DNA of 64,000 nt from positions 2,903,319 through 2,967,318 of the forward strand of contig OZ219754.1 in the NCBI GenBank assembly GCA_964291295.2, read 5' to 3'. How positions within the stretch are numbered: the first letter of the stretch is position 1; each line of letters starts with the position of its first letter. The position numbers and the translations under genes are program-made. The notes below the pieces were generated by a model. That model was given only the letters and a program-made list of their open reading frames with translations. It was not told the DNA's origin and ran no database searches. This DNA comes from an uncultured Candidatus Binatia bacterium (lineage in GTDB: Bacteria > Desulfobacterota > Binatia > UBA9968 > JAJDTQ01). Below are positions 1-8,823 of the stretch, in pieces.

Positions 1-493
1 TGAAGTCCCGCTCCGGGTCGACGCCCGCCGCCCCGAGGAAGTGCCGGGGCATGAGGTGTCCGGAGGTGGAGCTCACGCTGCCGAAGGCAAAGGTCCTGCC
101 CTTGAGATCCTCCAGGGTCCGGATGCCGGAATCGGTACGCGCCACGAACACGCTCCTGAAGCTTGCGTCTTCTTCACGCATGACCAGCCGAGTGGCTCCC
201 TTGGCCCGCTGGGTGGCCTGAACCGAGGTGAAGCCGCCGTACCAGACAATGTCCAGCCGGCCGGCCGCCAGCCCCTCTACCGTGGCCGCATAGTCCACCA
301 CCGGGATGAACGTGACCTTGGTGCCCACCTCCCTGGCGATGTAGTCGGTAAAGGGCCTGTACTTGCGCAACAACTCCTGCGGATCCTCGTCGGGGATGGC
401 GGACAGCCTCAACGTGTCCGCGGCGGCGACACCCCAGGCCACGAACACGGCCGACACCAGCCACCCCAGTCTCCAGGCGAACTTCCTGTGCAT
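1..493 (-). CDS. Phosphonate/phosphite-type ABC transporter substrate-binding protein (PhnD family); 5' part only, runs off the left edge
   Basis: Not in the ORF track because there is no stop inside the window. Reverse-strand reading from ATG 493..491 gives MHRKFAWRLGWLVSAVFVAWGVAAADTLRLSAIPDEDPQELLRKYRPFTDYIAREVGTKVTFIPVVDYAATVEGLAAGRLDIVWYGGFTSVQA...FAFGSVSSTSGHLMPRHFL. That is a signal peptide plus a PhnD-like core. GGGAGG lies 5 nt upstream of the ATG. Confidence 0.8.
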   Translation of the reverse strand, partial: MHRKFAWRLGWLVSAVFVAWGVAAADTLRLSAIPDEDPQELLRKYRPFTDYIAREVGTKVTFIPVVDYAATVEGLAAGRLDIVWYGGFTSVQATQRAKGATRLVMREEDASFRSVFVARTDSGIRTLEDLKGRTFAFGSVSSTSGHLMPRHFLGAAGVDPERDF

Positions 494-539
494 CCATGCC
501 TCCCGAAACGAATTTCCGTTCATTGGATATCAAGGGAAA

Positions 540-1505
540 CTATATGTCAAATAGACTTGAGCTATGCGTCAGCCCCTTCCATGGACCCATCCGCGGCCCC
601 CGGCCCAGGAACTGCACGAAGGCGCGCGGCACCGGCGGCAGCGGCCGGCCCCGGTAGGTCACCTGGTAGAAGGGCCGAATCAGTTCCAGCTCCTTGATGC
701 GGAGTTCATGGATCAGGCCTTGCTGAACCTCGCGCCGAATGGCGGCACGGGAAAGGATGGAGAACCCGAACCCCTCCATCAGCGCCTCCTTCACCGCGGC
801 CGTGCTGCCGAGTTCGAGCCCCACCCGGAGAAGGCGATCCGGATCCCGGCCGCGCCTGGCCAGAACCTGCAGAAACGACCGCAAGGTGCCGGAGCCGGCC
901 TCCCTGGAGATGAACGGGTGCTTGCCGAGATCCTGGAGGGGCACATGCTGCAACCGGGCCCAGGGATGGTTCGCGGGCACCGCCACGACCAGCTCGTCCT
1001 GCCAGATCCTGCGATAGCCCAACCGGTCGTCACGGGTGCGGAAACCGGTGAAGCCCAGTTCCAGCGCGCCCTCGAGGATGGCGTCCACGATGGAGGCCGA
1101 GTCGCCGATGCGCAGCACCGGCCGGACCTCCGGGAAGCGCGCCACGAAGCTTCCCAGCACGCCCGGCAGAATGTACTCCCCCGGAACGTTGCTGCCGCCC
1201 ACCCGGAGCTCCCCTTCCACCTTCCGCTGGATGCGGTCGAGGGCCGCCAGCGCCTGGCCCTTCAGCTTGAGCACCGCGCCCGCCTGCTCGTACAGCAGCC
1301 GCCCCCCGGGCGTCAGGTCGAACCGGGCGCCCACGCGCCGGAACAGCGCGACCCCGAGTTGCCGTTCGAGGGTTCGGACATGGGCGGTCACGGTAGGCTG
1401 CCGGAGGGAGAAATGCTCCGCCGCGAGGGAAAAGCTGCGCAGTTCCGCAACCCAGTAGAAGATCTCGAGCTTGCGGAGATCCAGATCCCTTGACGCCTTG
1501 GTCAT
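540..1505 (-). CDS. LysR-family transcriptional regulator
   Basis: ORF 540..1616. The wHTH LRKLEIFYWVAELRSFSLAAEHFSLRQPTVTAHVRTLERQLG is followed by a LysR substrate-binding domain. Start trimmed to ATG 1505 (MTKASRDLDL...); ATG 1520 is also possible. Divergent from the next gene. Confidence 0.9.
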   Translation of the reverse strand: MTKASRDLDLRKLEIFYWVAELRSFSLAAEHFSLRQPTVTAHVRTLERQLGVALFRRVGARFDLTPGGRLLYEQAGAVLKLKGQALAALDRIQRKVEGELRVGGSNVPGEYILPGVLGSFVARFPEVRPVLRIGDSASIVDAILEGALELGFTGFRTRDDRLGYRRIWQDELVVAVPANHPWARLQHVPLQDLGKHPFISREAGSGTLRSFLQVLARRGRDPDRLLRVGLELGSTAAVKEALMEGFGFSILSRAAIRREVQQGLIHELRIKELELIRPFYQVTYRGRPLPPVPRAFVQFLGRGPRMGPWKGLTHSSSLFDI

Positions 1506-1584
1506 GGTGTCGTTCCCCATTGGCCGCGGCCGCGGGCAAGGCCCATTGCCATGTGGCACCAACCCGGTTACGGTAATCTTCGCC

Positions 1585-2646
1585 ATGAAGATATCGTCCC
1601 TCGACCGGTTCCACAAAGGAAACGGCGCGGTCTTCTTTCAGCGAGAGGGATGGCGCCTGCCCGCTCACTTCGGCGACCCCGGCGCGGAGTACGCTTCGGT
1701 GCGTTCCGGCGCCGGCTGGCTGGACCTGGCGGATCAGGCCCTTCTGTCCGTGGCCGGACCCGACAGCGTCGGGTGGCTCCAGGGAATGCTCTCCAACGAC
1801 GTCGCGGCCCTGGGCACCGGCCAGGGCATGGTGGCGGCGATCCTGAACATTCAGGGAAAGATCCTGGCCGACGTGAGAGTGTTGCGCACCGCCGGCGGCT
1901 TTCTGCTGGAGGTGGACGAACCCCTCGCACCGGGTGTGCTGGAACACCTCCACCGCCACCTGATCGCGGACCAGGTGGAGATTGTCGAGCTTTCGGGCGA
2001 GCTGGCCATGATCTCCATCCAGGGACCGGCTTCGGAAACCCTCCTGTCCGGGCTTCTGGATGCCGCTGCGTTGCCAGCGGAAGAACTGAGCCACCGGGAG
2101 AGGGTCTGCGCCGGAAGCCGGATCCGGGCGGTGCGCGCGACGCACACGGGAGAGCCCGGTTTCGACCTGCTGGTACCCCGGGATCGGCTGCCGGCCATGA
2201 TGGCCCTGCCGCGCGCGCGGGCCATCCCCTGGATCGGCCTGAATGCCAGGGAGACTCTGCGGATCGAGGCCGGGATCCCCCGGTACGGGGTCGACATGGA
2301 CGCCGACACGCTGCTGCTGGAAACCGGTCTCCAGCACGCCGTCAGCTTCACCAAAGGATGCTATCTGGGACAGGAGACGGTGGAGCGCATCCACTCCCGA
2401 GGCCACGTGAACCGCCGGCTGGTGGGGCTCAAGGCCGAGGGCGACATCGTACCACACCCCCGCGACACCGTGCGCGGCGCCGGCCGTGACATTGGCCGCA
2501 TCACCAGCGCGTCAGCCTCGCCACGGCTCGGTTGCCCCATCGCCCTGGGATACCTCCACCGGGACTACGTCGAGCCTGGCAGCCGGGTCACCATCGGACA
2601 CGGAGACTTGGCGATTCCCGCCACGGTCCACGCCCTGCCCTTCTGA
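1585..2646 (+). CDS. ygfZ: YgfZ/GcvT-family folate-binding protein (aminomethyltransferase fold)
   Basis: ORF 1471..2646 trimmed to ATG 1585 (MKISSLDRF...). GcvT-like N-domain and the KGCYxGQE signature (FTKGCYLGQETVERIHSRG) near the C-terminus. Confidence 0.85.
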   Translation: MKISSLDRFHKGNGAVFFQREGWRLPAHFGDPGAEYASVRSGAGWLDLADQALLSVAGPDSVGWLQGMLSNDVAALGTGQGMVAAILNIQGKILADVRVLRTAGGFLLEVDEPLAPGVLEHLHRHLIADQVEIVELSGELAMISIQGPASETLLSGLLDAAALPAEELSHRERVCAGSRIRAVRATHTGEPGFDLLVPRDRLPAMMALPRARAIPWIGLNARETLRIEAGIPRYGVDMDADTLLLETGLQHAVSFTKGCYLGQETVERIHSRGHVNRRLVGLKAEGDIVPHPRDTVRGAGRDIGRITSASASPRLGCPIALGYLHRDYVEPGSRVTIGHGDLAIPATVHALPF

Positions 2647-2854
2647 TTCGCCGCGGCGGAACCTCTCCAGTGCCGGGGAAGAAACCCCATCGAGCAGGAA
2701 ACTCCATCGAACAGAATCGTGGCCGCGCTCGCATTCCAGCTCCGAAGCCGGCTTGGCGAAACCCGGATTCCACCACCAGGATCAGGCTTCTGCTGCTGAT
2801 CGGATGGGGCCGCGGCGAAATCCCCTCCCCTCCAGTCGCGGGCGGGGGTTCTCC

Positions 2855-5800
2855 TCACCAGCGCAGCGCACCGCGCAGCATGAGGCCCTGCTCGCCGTTG
2901 GTCCAGGGCCGGCTTGTGCCCTCGATTCCCAGGGCGACCCCCGACCCCAAGCGGTAGCGCGCACCCAGGCGCAGCGTGCGCTCGCCCGACTCCGCCAGGC
3001 TGAGCCCGGCATAAGGCGTCAGCAGCGCCAGCGGCGCCGGGCCGGCGATGCCGATGCCGTGCCCCATCTCCGCCTCCAGGCGGCTCTCTCCCGCCCCCGC
3101 CCCGCTGTCCATGGCCGAGCCGTAGTCGAACAACCGCCCCAGACCGCTTGCCGTGCGACCGTGGGTCGGGCCGAAGCTCAGGTAGCTCCCCCGCCCGTCG
3201 GCCCCGGGGTCAAGGCGCACCAAGGCGCTCACGCCCCATTCCTCCCGGTCCCGCTCGTGCACCGCCAGCATCCGGGCCCGCAACTCCGCAGTCAGACGGG
3301 CACCCGGGTCGCGCCAGGTCACGCCGGCCCCCACCTCCACCCCGCCGCCCTGCCCAACGTCGCCGTCGTCATGACGCACGCCCACTTCCAGTGCCGGCGT
3401 CAGCGTCGCATCGCCCCCGACCCGGTGCTCCCACGACCCCTCCAGCATCAGCCGCAGTCGGCTCGCCTTCACCGTCAACTCGGTCAGACCGTCGCCGGCC
3501 TCCGTGTCCAGTTGGACCAGGGAGCCCTCCCCCTTCACCGCCACTCGCGTGGTGCCCCCGGCGATGAGCTCCGGATCCTCCAACAGCACCCCGCGCCCGC
3601 CCGCCGCCCCACTCCACTGGGACAGGTCCGCCGTGCGCGCCGCCGCTCCCGCCTCGGTGATCCGCACCTCGCCCCTCCCATAGCCCGCACTCGCCCACAG
3701 CGTCGTGCCGTCCGCACGCAGCCACGCCAGATACGGATTCACCGACACCACCCGGCTCTCGTGCCTGCTTTTCGTCCCATCACCACCCCGGGACACCGCA
3801 TCCACCTTGCCCTTCGCATACGACACCGCCGCCCCCGCCAACAGGTCCGGGCGAACCCGCACGTCCGCCCCCAGATACCCCGACCACAGCCCGCCCTCCC
3901 AGGAAAGATCCCGCTCCGAACCCGACAGCGACCGCCACTCGCCCACTCCCCACAACGCCGGCGCCGCCACCCCTCCCGCCCCCGAAGCACCCAGCGGCAG
4001 CGCGAAGGAGGCCCCGTCCAGCAACTCTCGCAAGCCCGGCCCCCCTTGCCCCCGACCTCCCGGACCAACCCACTCATCATCCACCACCATCCCCGGCGCC
4101 GCTCCAAAACGCACCGTACCACCCGCACCGCCATCCGACACCGCTTCGATCCGCCCCGTCACCGCCTCAAGCGTCTGCGACAGCGCCAGCGCCGCCACAT
4201 GCGGCAGGATCGCACGGTTCACCCGGTTCGCCGACGACGACGAACCCTCTTCCAGCACTCCTTCCGCCACCGCATCCACCCCCACCGCATAGCCCGGCGC
4301 CGCGTTCAGCGTGATGCGGTACGACTCCCTCCCTTCCGCCTCCCCATCCACCCTGGTGGGTATCATCACCAAACCCCTCCGGCTCGCCGTGGCGCCGAAC
4401 ACCGCATCCAACGAACGCGGCCCCAGCCCACCCGGAAGGTCCTCCCCATCGAAGCCGCCGCCGTCGCGCGCCGCCAGCGTCAGACTCACCACCAAACTGC
4501 CCGTCAGCACACGGTCCGAGGTCACCACAAGGCGGATGTCCTCCCCCTCGCTCACCGCCGCCGGGTCCGTCTCCAGACTCAGCACCGGCGTCGTGTCCCT
4601 CACCCGCACCACCACCGAGGCGATGCTCACCGAATCATAGCCCCCGCCCCTCGCTCCGTGCGTCAGCGTCGCCCTGTCGTCCGCCGTGTCCGCGTCACGG
4701 GCCGCGCTCACCGTCACCCCCTGCGGCTCGCTCCAGTTCGAGGCCGTGAAGGTCAGGCGCCGCGGCACTACCGTCACCTCCCCCGATGCCCCGCCCACCG
4801 TCACCGTCACCGGCCCCGTAGGCTCCGCGCCCAGCACCACCGTGTAACTACCGGAGCCGCCCTCCTCCACCGTCAGCGCCGTCGGCGTCACCCGCACGCT
4901 CCCGCCCGCCGCGGGAGGCGCAGATGGCGGCGCCGCGGCCGTCGGCGTCGCGCTCACCGGCGCATCCGGGCCAGCGCCGTTGCCGGCACCGTTCACCGCG
5001 CGCACCTCGAACTGATACGCGGTGCCGTTGGTCAGACCGCTCACCTTGTAGCTGGTGGTGCCCGCTCCGGAGCCCCCGATGTCCGTCCAATCGTCCCAGG
5101 CCCCGCTGCCGGCCTTCCGCCGGTATTGCCACTTCGTGATGGTCGGATTGCCCGCGTCCGTCCAGCTCAGCGTCACCGAACCGTCCCCCGCCGCCGCCGC
5201 CAGGCCCGTCGGCTTCGCCGGCACCACGCCGCTCTCCGTCACGCTCACCACCACCGAGGCGATGCTCACCGAATCGTAGCCGCCCCCCGAGGCGCTGTGG
5301 GTCAGCGTCACGGCGTCGTCCGTCGCCGTGTCCGTGTCCGTCCCCGCGTTCACCGTCACCGTCTGCGCCATGTTCCAGTTGACCGTGGTGAAGGTCAGCG
5401 TCGCATTCGCCACCGTTACGTCGCCCGAAGCGCCGTCCACCATTATCGTCACATCGCTCGACGGCGCCGTGTTCAGCCGCATCGTGTACGTGTTGGAGCC
5501 ACCCTCCGCCACCGTCAGCGCCGCCGTCGACACCGTCACCCCCGGCGCAGCGGCCACCGTCACGCCCACCGTGCCGGCATCGGGAATCGCATCCGCCGCG
5601 GCGCCCGTCAGCCGGAAGGCGTGGTTGATCGTCGCCGTGCCCGCCTCCACGCCGGTCACCGTCACCGTCTGTCCCGTGCTGTAGTTGCTCGCCGAGAAGG
5701 TCAGGGTCGCCGGGTCCACCGTCGCCTTGGCCGTGGCGGAGCTCGTGATCGACAGCGTCCCCGCATACTCCTTCGTCAACGCCACCGTGTAGCTGACGGA

Positions 5801-8641
5801 GGAGCCGGCCACCACCGTCACCGGCGCCCCGGTGAACGTGAGCGCGTCCAGGGCGTCGTTCTTGAAGGTGACCGTGCGTATGTTCGACCAAGGGCCATAC
5901 ACACGGTTGCCGCCCGAGTTGGTGGCCGTCGCCCGAATCCGAACCTCTACCGATGCGCCGTCCGGATAGGTGTTGCCCGGGTTGGCTCTGCTGTTGCGTC
6001 TGCTGGGACTGGAGGCGCCGCTCGGGCTTCCGCCCTCTGCCCAGTTGCTGGACCCCTTTAGCCGGTGACCTATTCGCCACGCATAGAACGTGACCGCGTT
6101 TGCGACTTGGTCGCCGAGACTCGTACTGGTATGGGTCCAGGTCACATCGATCCGCCCACTCGTCGTCGAGGTGGCGGCCGTCAGCACCGGGGCCACCGGC
6201 GCCGCCGGCGTCGCCGTCACCTCGTCCGACGCCGCACCGTTGCCGTTGCCGTTCACCGCGCGGATCCTGAACGTGTAGATCGTGCTGTTCGTCAGGCCCG
6301 TGATCCGGTGCTGCACCGTCGTCGCGCCGGAACCCGCGATCCGTGTCCATGAACCGTAGCTCCCGTTCCCCGCCTTCTGCCGGTACTCCCAACGGGTAAT
6401 GCTGGCGTCGTTCGGGTTGGTCCATGACAGCACAACCTGCGTGTCGCCCTTCGTCGCGCCAAAGCCCGCCGGCTTGGCGGGCGCCGCGCCGGCAGGAGGC
6501 TCCGCCGGCGTCCCGCTCACCACCGCCGACGCGACGCTGTTGCCGGCGTCGCTCTTCGCCCGGATGCGGAAGCGGTATTGGCTGTCGTTATCCAGCCCCG
6601 TCACCGTGTGGTTCGTGGTGTCCGCGTCCGAACCGGAAATGTCGGTCCAGCTGCCCCAGGCGGCGCTGCCCTTCCTCTGCTGCACCTGATACCCCGAGAT
6701 CGAATCGTCGTCCGGATCGGTCCACGACAGCGTCACCTGCGCGTTGCCCGCCGTCGCCGACAGGCCCGTCGGTGCGGCGGGTTGGGCGGCCTCATCGTCG
6801 TCGGTGATGGTCAGCGTGAGCTTGCCGCTGGTCCAGCCGTCCTCGTAGCCGATGAGGTTTACCGTCTCGTCCGGTTCGTCCCGGGTATCGCCGAGGATGC
6901 GAACGGTCATCGTGCCCTGGGTCTGGCCTTCGGCGATGGAAACAATGACGCCGTTCGGGAAGCACATATCCGTGTCTACCGGGAGCAGGGGCGGATCGCA
7001 GGGGTCACGCCCCTTGCCGGAGCCCGCGGCGGTGCCGGGGTCCACGTCGTAACCCGACGTAAGCGAGAAGTTCGCGGGCGCCGGCTCGCTGAGGGTGAAG
7101 GTGATGGTGACGTCCGTCGAACCGGAGTCGCCCTCGGTGATCGTGGCCGACGGGGACGCCGACAGCGTGATCGTCTTCGGGCCGGAGTCCCTGACCGCCA
7201 CGGTGATCGTGGTGGAGGTCGTGGCGGCCACGGCAGTGCCGTCGCGGCCCTTCCAGCTCCAGGTGACGGTGTGCGTGCCCACGCCCAGCGTTGCGCAGGG
7301 AAACAGGCCGACGCCGAGGCCGGTCGCAATGCCGGCAGGAGCCTGCGTGATCTCGACGCGGTTATTCCCCTGGAGGTTCGCAAGCCGGTTAATGTACGAG
7401 TTTCCCCCGGTGCGTTGTTGTAGCCAGACGAGATTATCATTTCCCCTGACCTGCTTGACCGACAGCAGGTTGAAGCACACATCCGTCGTCGCATCGGCCG
7501 ACCCGACCGTGACGGTTTTGTCCGGATCGGAGGTCAGCGTCGGGGTCGCCGCCCTGGGCGTGGCCTCGATCCAGCCCTGGTTGTTGAAGACGCTCGAGGC
7601 GATCTCGGTCCGCCCGCCCGGACCCACCAGCCGAACCCGGAAGACGCCAGTCTCGCCGTTGGTTGCGCTGTAGCCGTATTCTCTGAGGGCGACGCCGCCG
7701 GGTAAATCAAGCCACCGGCCCTCTCCATTTCGGTCCGAGAGCCGGATCCACTCGAGCTGCCAGCTCACCGCGCCGTCAGTCGGGCCGTCGTACACCCACT
7801 CGAAACCGAACCATTCATCGTTTCCGGCCACCGTGAGGGCGACAGTGCTGACGAAGACGGTGACCTGGTTGGATTCCGTCCCCGCCGCGCCATCGCTTCT
7901 GGCCGTTCTTACCTGAAAGGTGTAGCTGCCGGGGCTCAAGCCCGTGATCGTGTGGGTGTTGGTGGCCCCCGTGCTGCCCGGAATCCGGCTGTAATTGCCT
8001 GTGGCCTGCGAACCCGCCGTGTAGCGGACATCCCACTGGTTCACGACGGCGGGCAGATTGGCCCCTGTCCAGGAAAGGGTGACGCCGTTGCCTATCCGCG
8101 CGACGGTGAGGGTGACGGAGGGCACGGGCGTCGGCGTTGCCGACGCCTCGTTGGACGGGTTGGCGTAATTTGTTATGGTACGCCTAACGCCAGTGAGATA
8201 TGCCCCGGTGACCTGAAAGGTGTAGGCGACGCCGGCGGTCAGACCACCAATGGTGTGTCTGCGGATGCCCTCCCCGCCGGGGATATTCTGCCAACCGCCG
8301 TACTCGCCCGCGCCTTCCTTCTGCCGGTATCGCCACTGCGTGGTGAAGCCAAGGGAGCTCATGGTCCAGGATAACGTCACCTGCCCGGGTCCAGGCGCGG
8401 CTGTGAGCGCCGGCGTCTGATCCTGCGCCCGCGCGATCTGCGGTGCGAGGGCGGCGGCACCCAGCACAATGAGAAAGAGGGTAAGAAACCCCGCCCTCAG
8501 GCGGCGGGCAGCTCTTCCGGACGCACTCACTGGATCAGCCCCGCGCCCGGAGAGAGTGTGTGTGTTGGGGGGGGGGGGGGGCGCACGAGACGCGAGCGCC
8601 TCGCGCGGACAGCCGCGGCAGGCCACGCGCCGCAGGATCAT
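2855..8641 (-). CDS. Giant surface protein: type Va autotransporter with FN3 / Calx-beta repeat passenger
   Basis: 1,928-codon ORF with signal peptide RRLRAGFLTLFLIVLGAAALAPQIARA/QD. It has at least six FN3-like modules (GQVTLSWT..., AQVTLSWTDPDD...YRFRIRAKSDAGNS, TQVVLSWTNPND...YTFRIRAVNGNGNG, GSVTLSWTDAGN...YQFEVRAVNGAGNG). Calx-beta-like modules are present (TITEGDSG...TLTITDDDEA; AVSEGEDIRLVV). Two copies of a module end TLTH.A.GGGYDSVSIASVVV. The C-terminal ~450 aa resemble an autotransporter beta-barrel ending GLMLRGALRW. Start is ambiguous: ATG 8641 or GTG 8530. Confidence 0.85.
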   Translation of the reverse strand: MILRRVACRGCPREALASRAPPPPPNTHTLSGRGADPVSASGRAARRLRAGFLTLFLIVLGAAALAPQIARAQDQTPALTAAPGPGQVTLSWTMSSLGFTTQWRYRQKEGAGEYGGWQNIPGGEGIRRHTIGGLTAGVAYTFQVTGAYLTGVRRTITNYANPSNEASATPTPVPSVTLTVARIGNGVTLSWTGANLPAVVNQWDVRYTAGSQATGNYSRIPGSTGATNTHTITGLSPGSYTFQVRTARSDGAAGTESNQVTVFVSTVALTVAGNDEWFGFEWVYDGPTDGAVSWQLEWIRLSDRNGEGRWLDLPGGVALREYGYSATNGETGVFRVRLVGPGGRTEIASSVFNNQGWIEATPRAATPTLTSDPDKTVTVGSADATTDVCFNLLSVKQVRGNDNLVWLQQRTGGNSYINRLANLQGNNRVEITQAPAGIATGLGVGLFPCATLGVGTHTVTWSWKGRDGTAVAATTSTTITVAVRDSGPKTITLSASPSATITEGDSGSTDVTITFTLSEPAPANFSLTSGYDVDPGTAAGSGKGRDPCDPPLLPVDTDMCFPNGVIVSIAEGQTQGTMTVRILGDTRDEPDETVNLIGYEDGWTSGKLTLTITDDDEAAQPAAPTGLSATAGNAQVTLSWTDPDDDSISGYQVQQRKGSAAWGSWTDISGSDADTTNHTVTGLDNDSQYRFRIRAKSDAGNSVASAVVSGTPAEPPAGAAPAKPAGFGATKGDTQVVLSWTNPNDASITRWEYRQKAGNGSYGSWTRIAGSGATTVQHRITGLTNSTIYTFRIRAVNGNGNGAASDEVTATPAAPVAPVLTAATSTTSGRIDVTWTHTSTSLGDQVANAVTFYAWRIGHRLKGSSNWAEGGSPSGASSPSRRNSRANPGNTYPDGASVEVRIRATATNSGGNRVYGPWSNIRTVTFKNDALDALTFTGAPVTVVAGSSVSYTVALTKEYAGTLSITSSATAKATVDPATLTFSASNYSTGQTVTVTGVEAGTATINHAFRLTGAAADAIPDAGTVGVTVAAAPGVTVSTAALTVAEGGSNTYTMRLNTAPSSDVTIMVDGASGDVTVANATLTFTTVNWNMAQTVTVNAGTDTDTATDDAVTLTHSASGGGYDSVSIASVVVSVTESGVVPAKPTGLAAAAGDGSVTLSWTDAGNPTITKWQYRRKAGSGAWDDWTDIGGSGAGTTSYKVSGLTNGTAYQFEVRAVNGAGNGAGPDAPVSATPTAAAPPSAPPAAGGSVRVTPTALTVEEGGSGSYTVVLGAEPTGPVTVTVGGASGEVTVVPRRLTFTASNWSEPQGVTVSAARDADTADDRATLTHGARGGGYDSVSIASVVVRVRDTTPVLSLETDPAAVSEGEDIRLVVTSDRVLTGSLVVSLTLAARDGGGFDGEDLPGGLGPRSLDAVFGATASRRGLVMIPTRVDGEAEGRESYRITLNAAPGYAVGVDAVAEGVLEEGSSSSANRVNRAILPHVAALALSQTLEAVTGRIEAVSDGGAGGTVRFGAAPGMVVDDEWVGPGGRGQGGPGLRELLDGASFALPLGASGAGGVAAPALWGVGEWRSLSGSERDLSWEGGLWSGYLGADVRVRPDLLAGAAVSYAKGKVDAVSRGGDGTKSRHESRVVSVNPYLAWLRADGTTLWASAGYGRGEVRITEAGAAARTADLSQWSGAAGGRGVLLEDPELIAGGTTRVAVKGEGSLVQLDTEAGDGLTELTVKASRLRLMLEGSWEHRVGGDATLTPALEVGVRHDDGDVGQGGGVEVGAGVTWRDPGARLTAELRARMLAVHERDREEWGVSALVRLDPGADGRGSYLSFGPTHGRTASGLGRLFDYGSAMDSGAGAGESRLEAEMGHGIGIAGPAPLALLTPYAGLSLAESGERTLRLGARYRLGSGVALGIEGTSRPWTNGEQGLMLRGALRW
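4607..4636. repeat. Intragenic repeat copy 1 (30 bp identical core of a duplicated ~105-codon module)
   Basis: caccaccaccgaggcgatgctcaccgaatc occurs identically at 4607..4636 and 5246..5275 (period 639 bp = 213 codons). The flanks are diverged copies of the same protein module. Confidence 0.9.
5246..5275. repeat. Intragenic repeat copy 2
   Basis: Identical 30-mer to 4607..4636 inside the autotransporter gene. Confidence 0.9.
8532..8552. repeat. 21-bp direct repeat, copy A (ggatcagccccgcgcccggag)
   Basis: Exact 21-mer also at 8709..8729. On the minus strand both copies are followed by N-GTG. Copy A abuts the GTG 8530 candidate start of the autotransporter. Confidence 0.9.
8551..8581. repeat. 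Hypermutable-type simple sequence: (AG)3 (GT)5 followed by G15 homopolymer (8567..8581)
   Basis: Direct reading of lines 8521-8581: agagag tgtgtgtgtt then 15 consecutive G. On the coding strand this is C15, read as PPPPP if translation starts at ATG 8641. Confidence 0.95.
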
Positions 8642-8708
8642 CCGTCGTCTTCGTGCTTGTCCTTGTCATGGTCTCGCTCTCCCGTCCCGAATCTTCCCCT
8701 GTCGCACC

Positions 8709-8729
8709 GGATCAGCCCCGCGCCCGGAG
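8709..8729. repeat. 21-bp direct repeat, copy B
   Basis: Exact copy of 8532..8552, 177 bp away. The pair brackets the G15 tract and ATG 8641. Confidence 0.9.
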
Positions 8730-8823
8730 TAAGGAAAGCTGAACAACTCCGAGTTCGCCGGAACTGAATCAACAGTATGCGAGCAGCCCCCCCTGTCACG
8801 CCATCGCCTTTTTCGGACCTTCT

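Noticed and set aside
41-697. 218-aa plus-strand ORF and the 119-aa minus-strand ORF 174..533 at the left edge
   Set aside because: A third frame (minus strand, ATG 493, running off the edge) encodes a convincing PhnD-family binding protein with an SD and a signal peptide. The listed ORFs are alternative-frame artefacts.
1551-1570. TGGCAC motif upstream of ygfZ as a sigma-54 promoter
   Set aside because: The required GC of the -12 element is not at the correct 10-nt spacing from the GG. A similar check upstream of the 12-gene operon (44003..44116) was also negative.
2486-6061. 1,191-aa plus-strand ORF
   Set aside because: It is antisense to the autotransporter gene. Its translation is Arg/Pro/His/Gln-rich low complexity with no recognisable domain, and it is the typical stop-free antisense frame of high-GC DNA.
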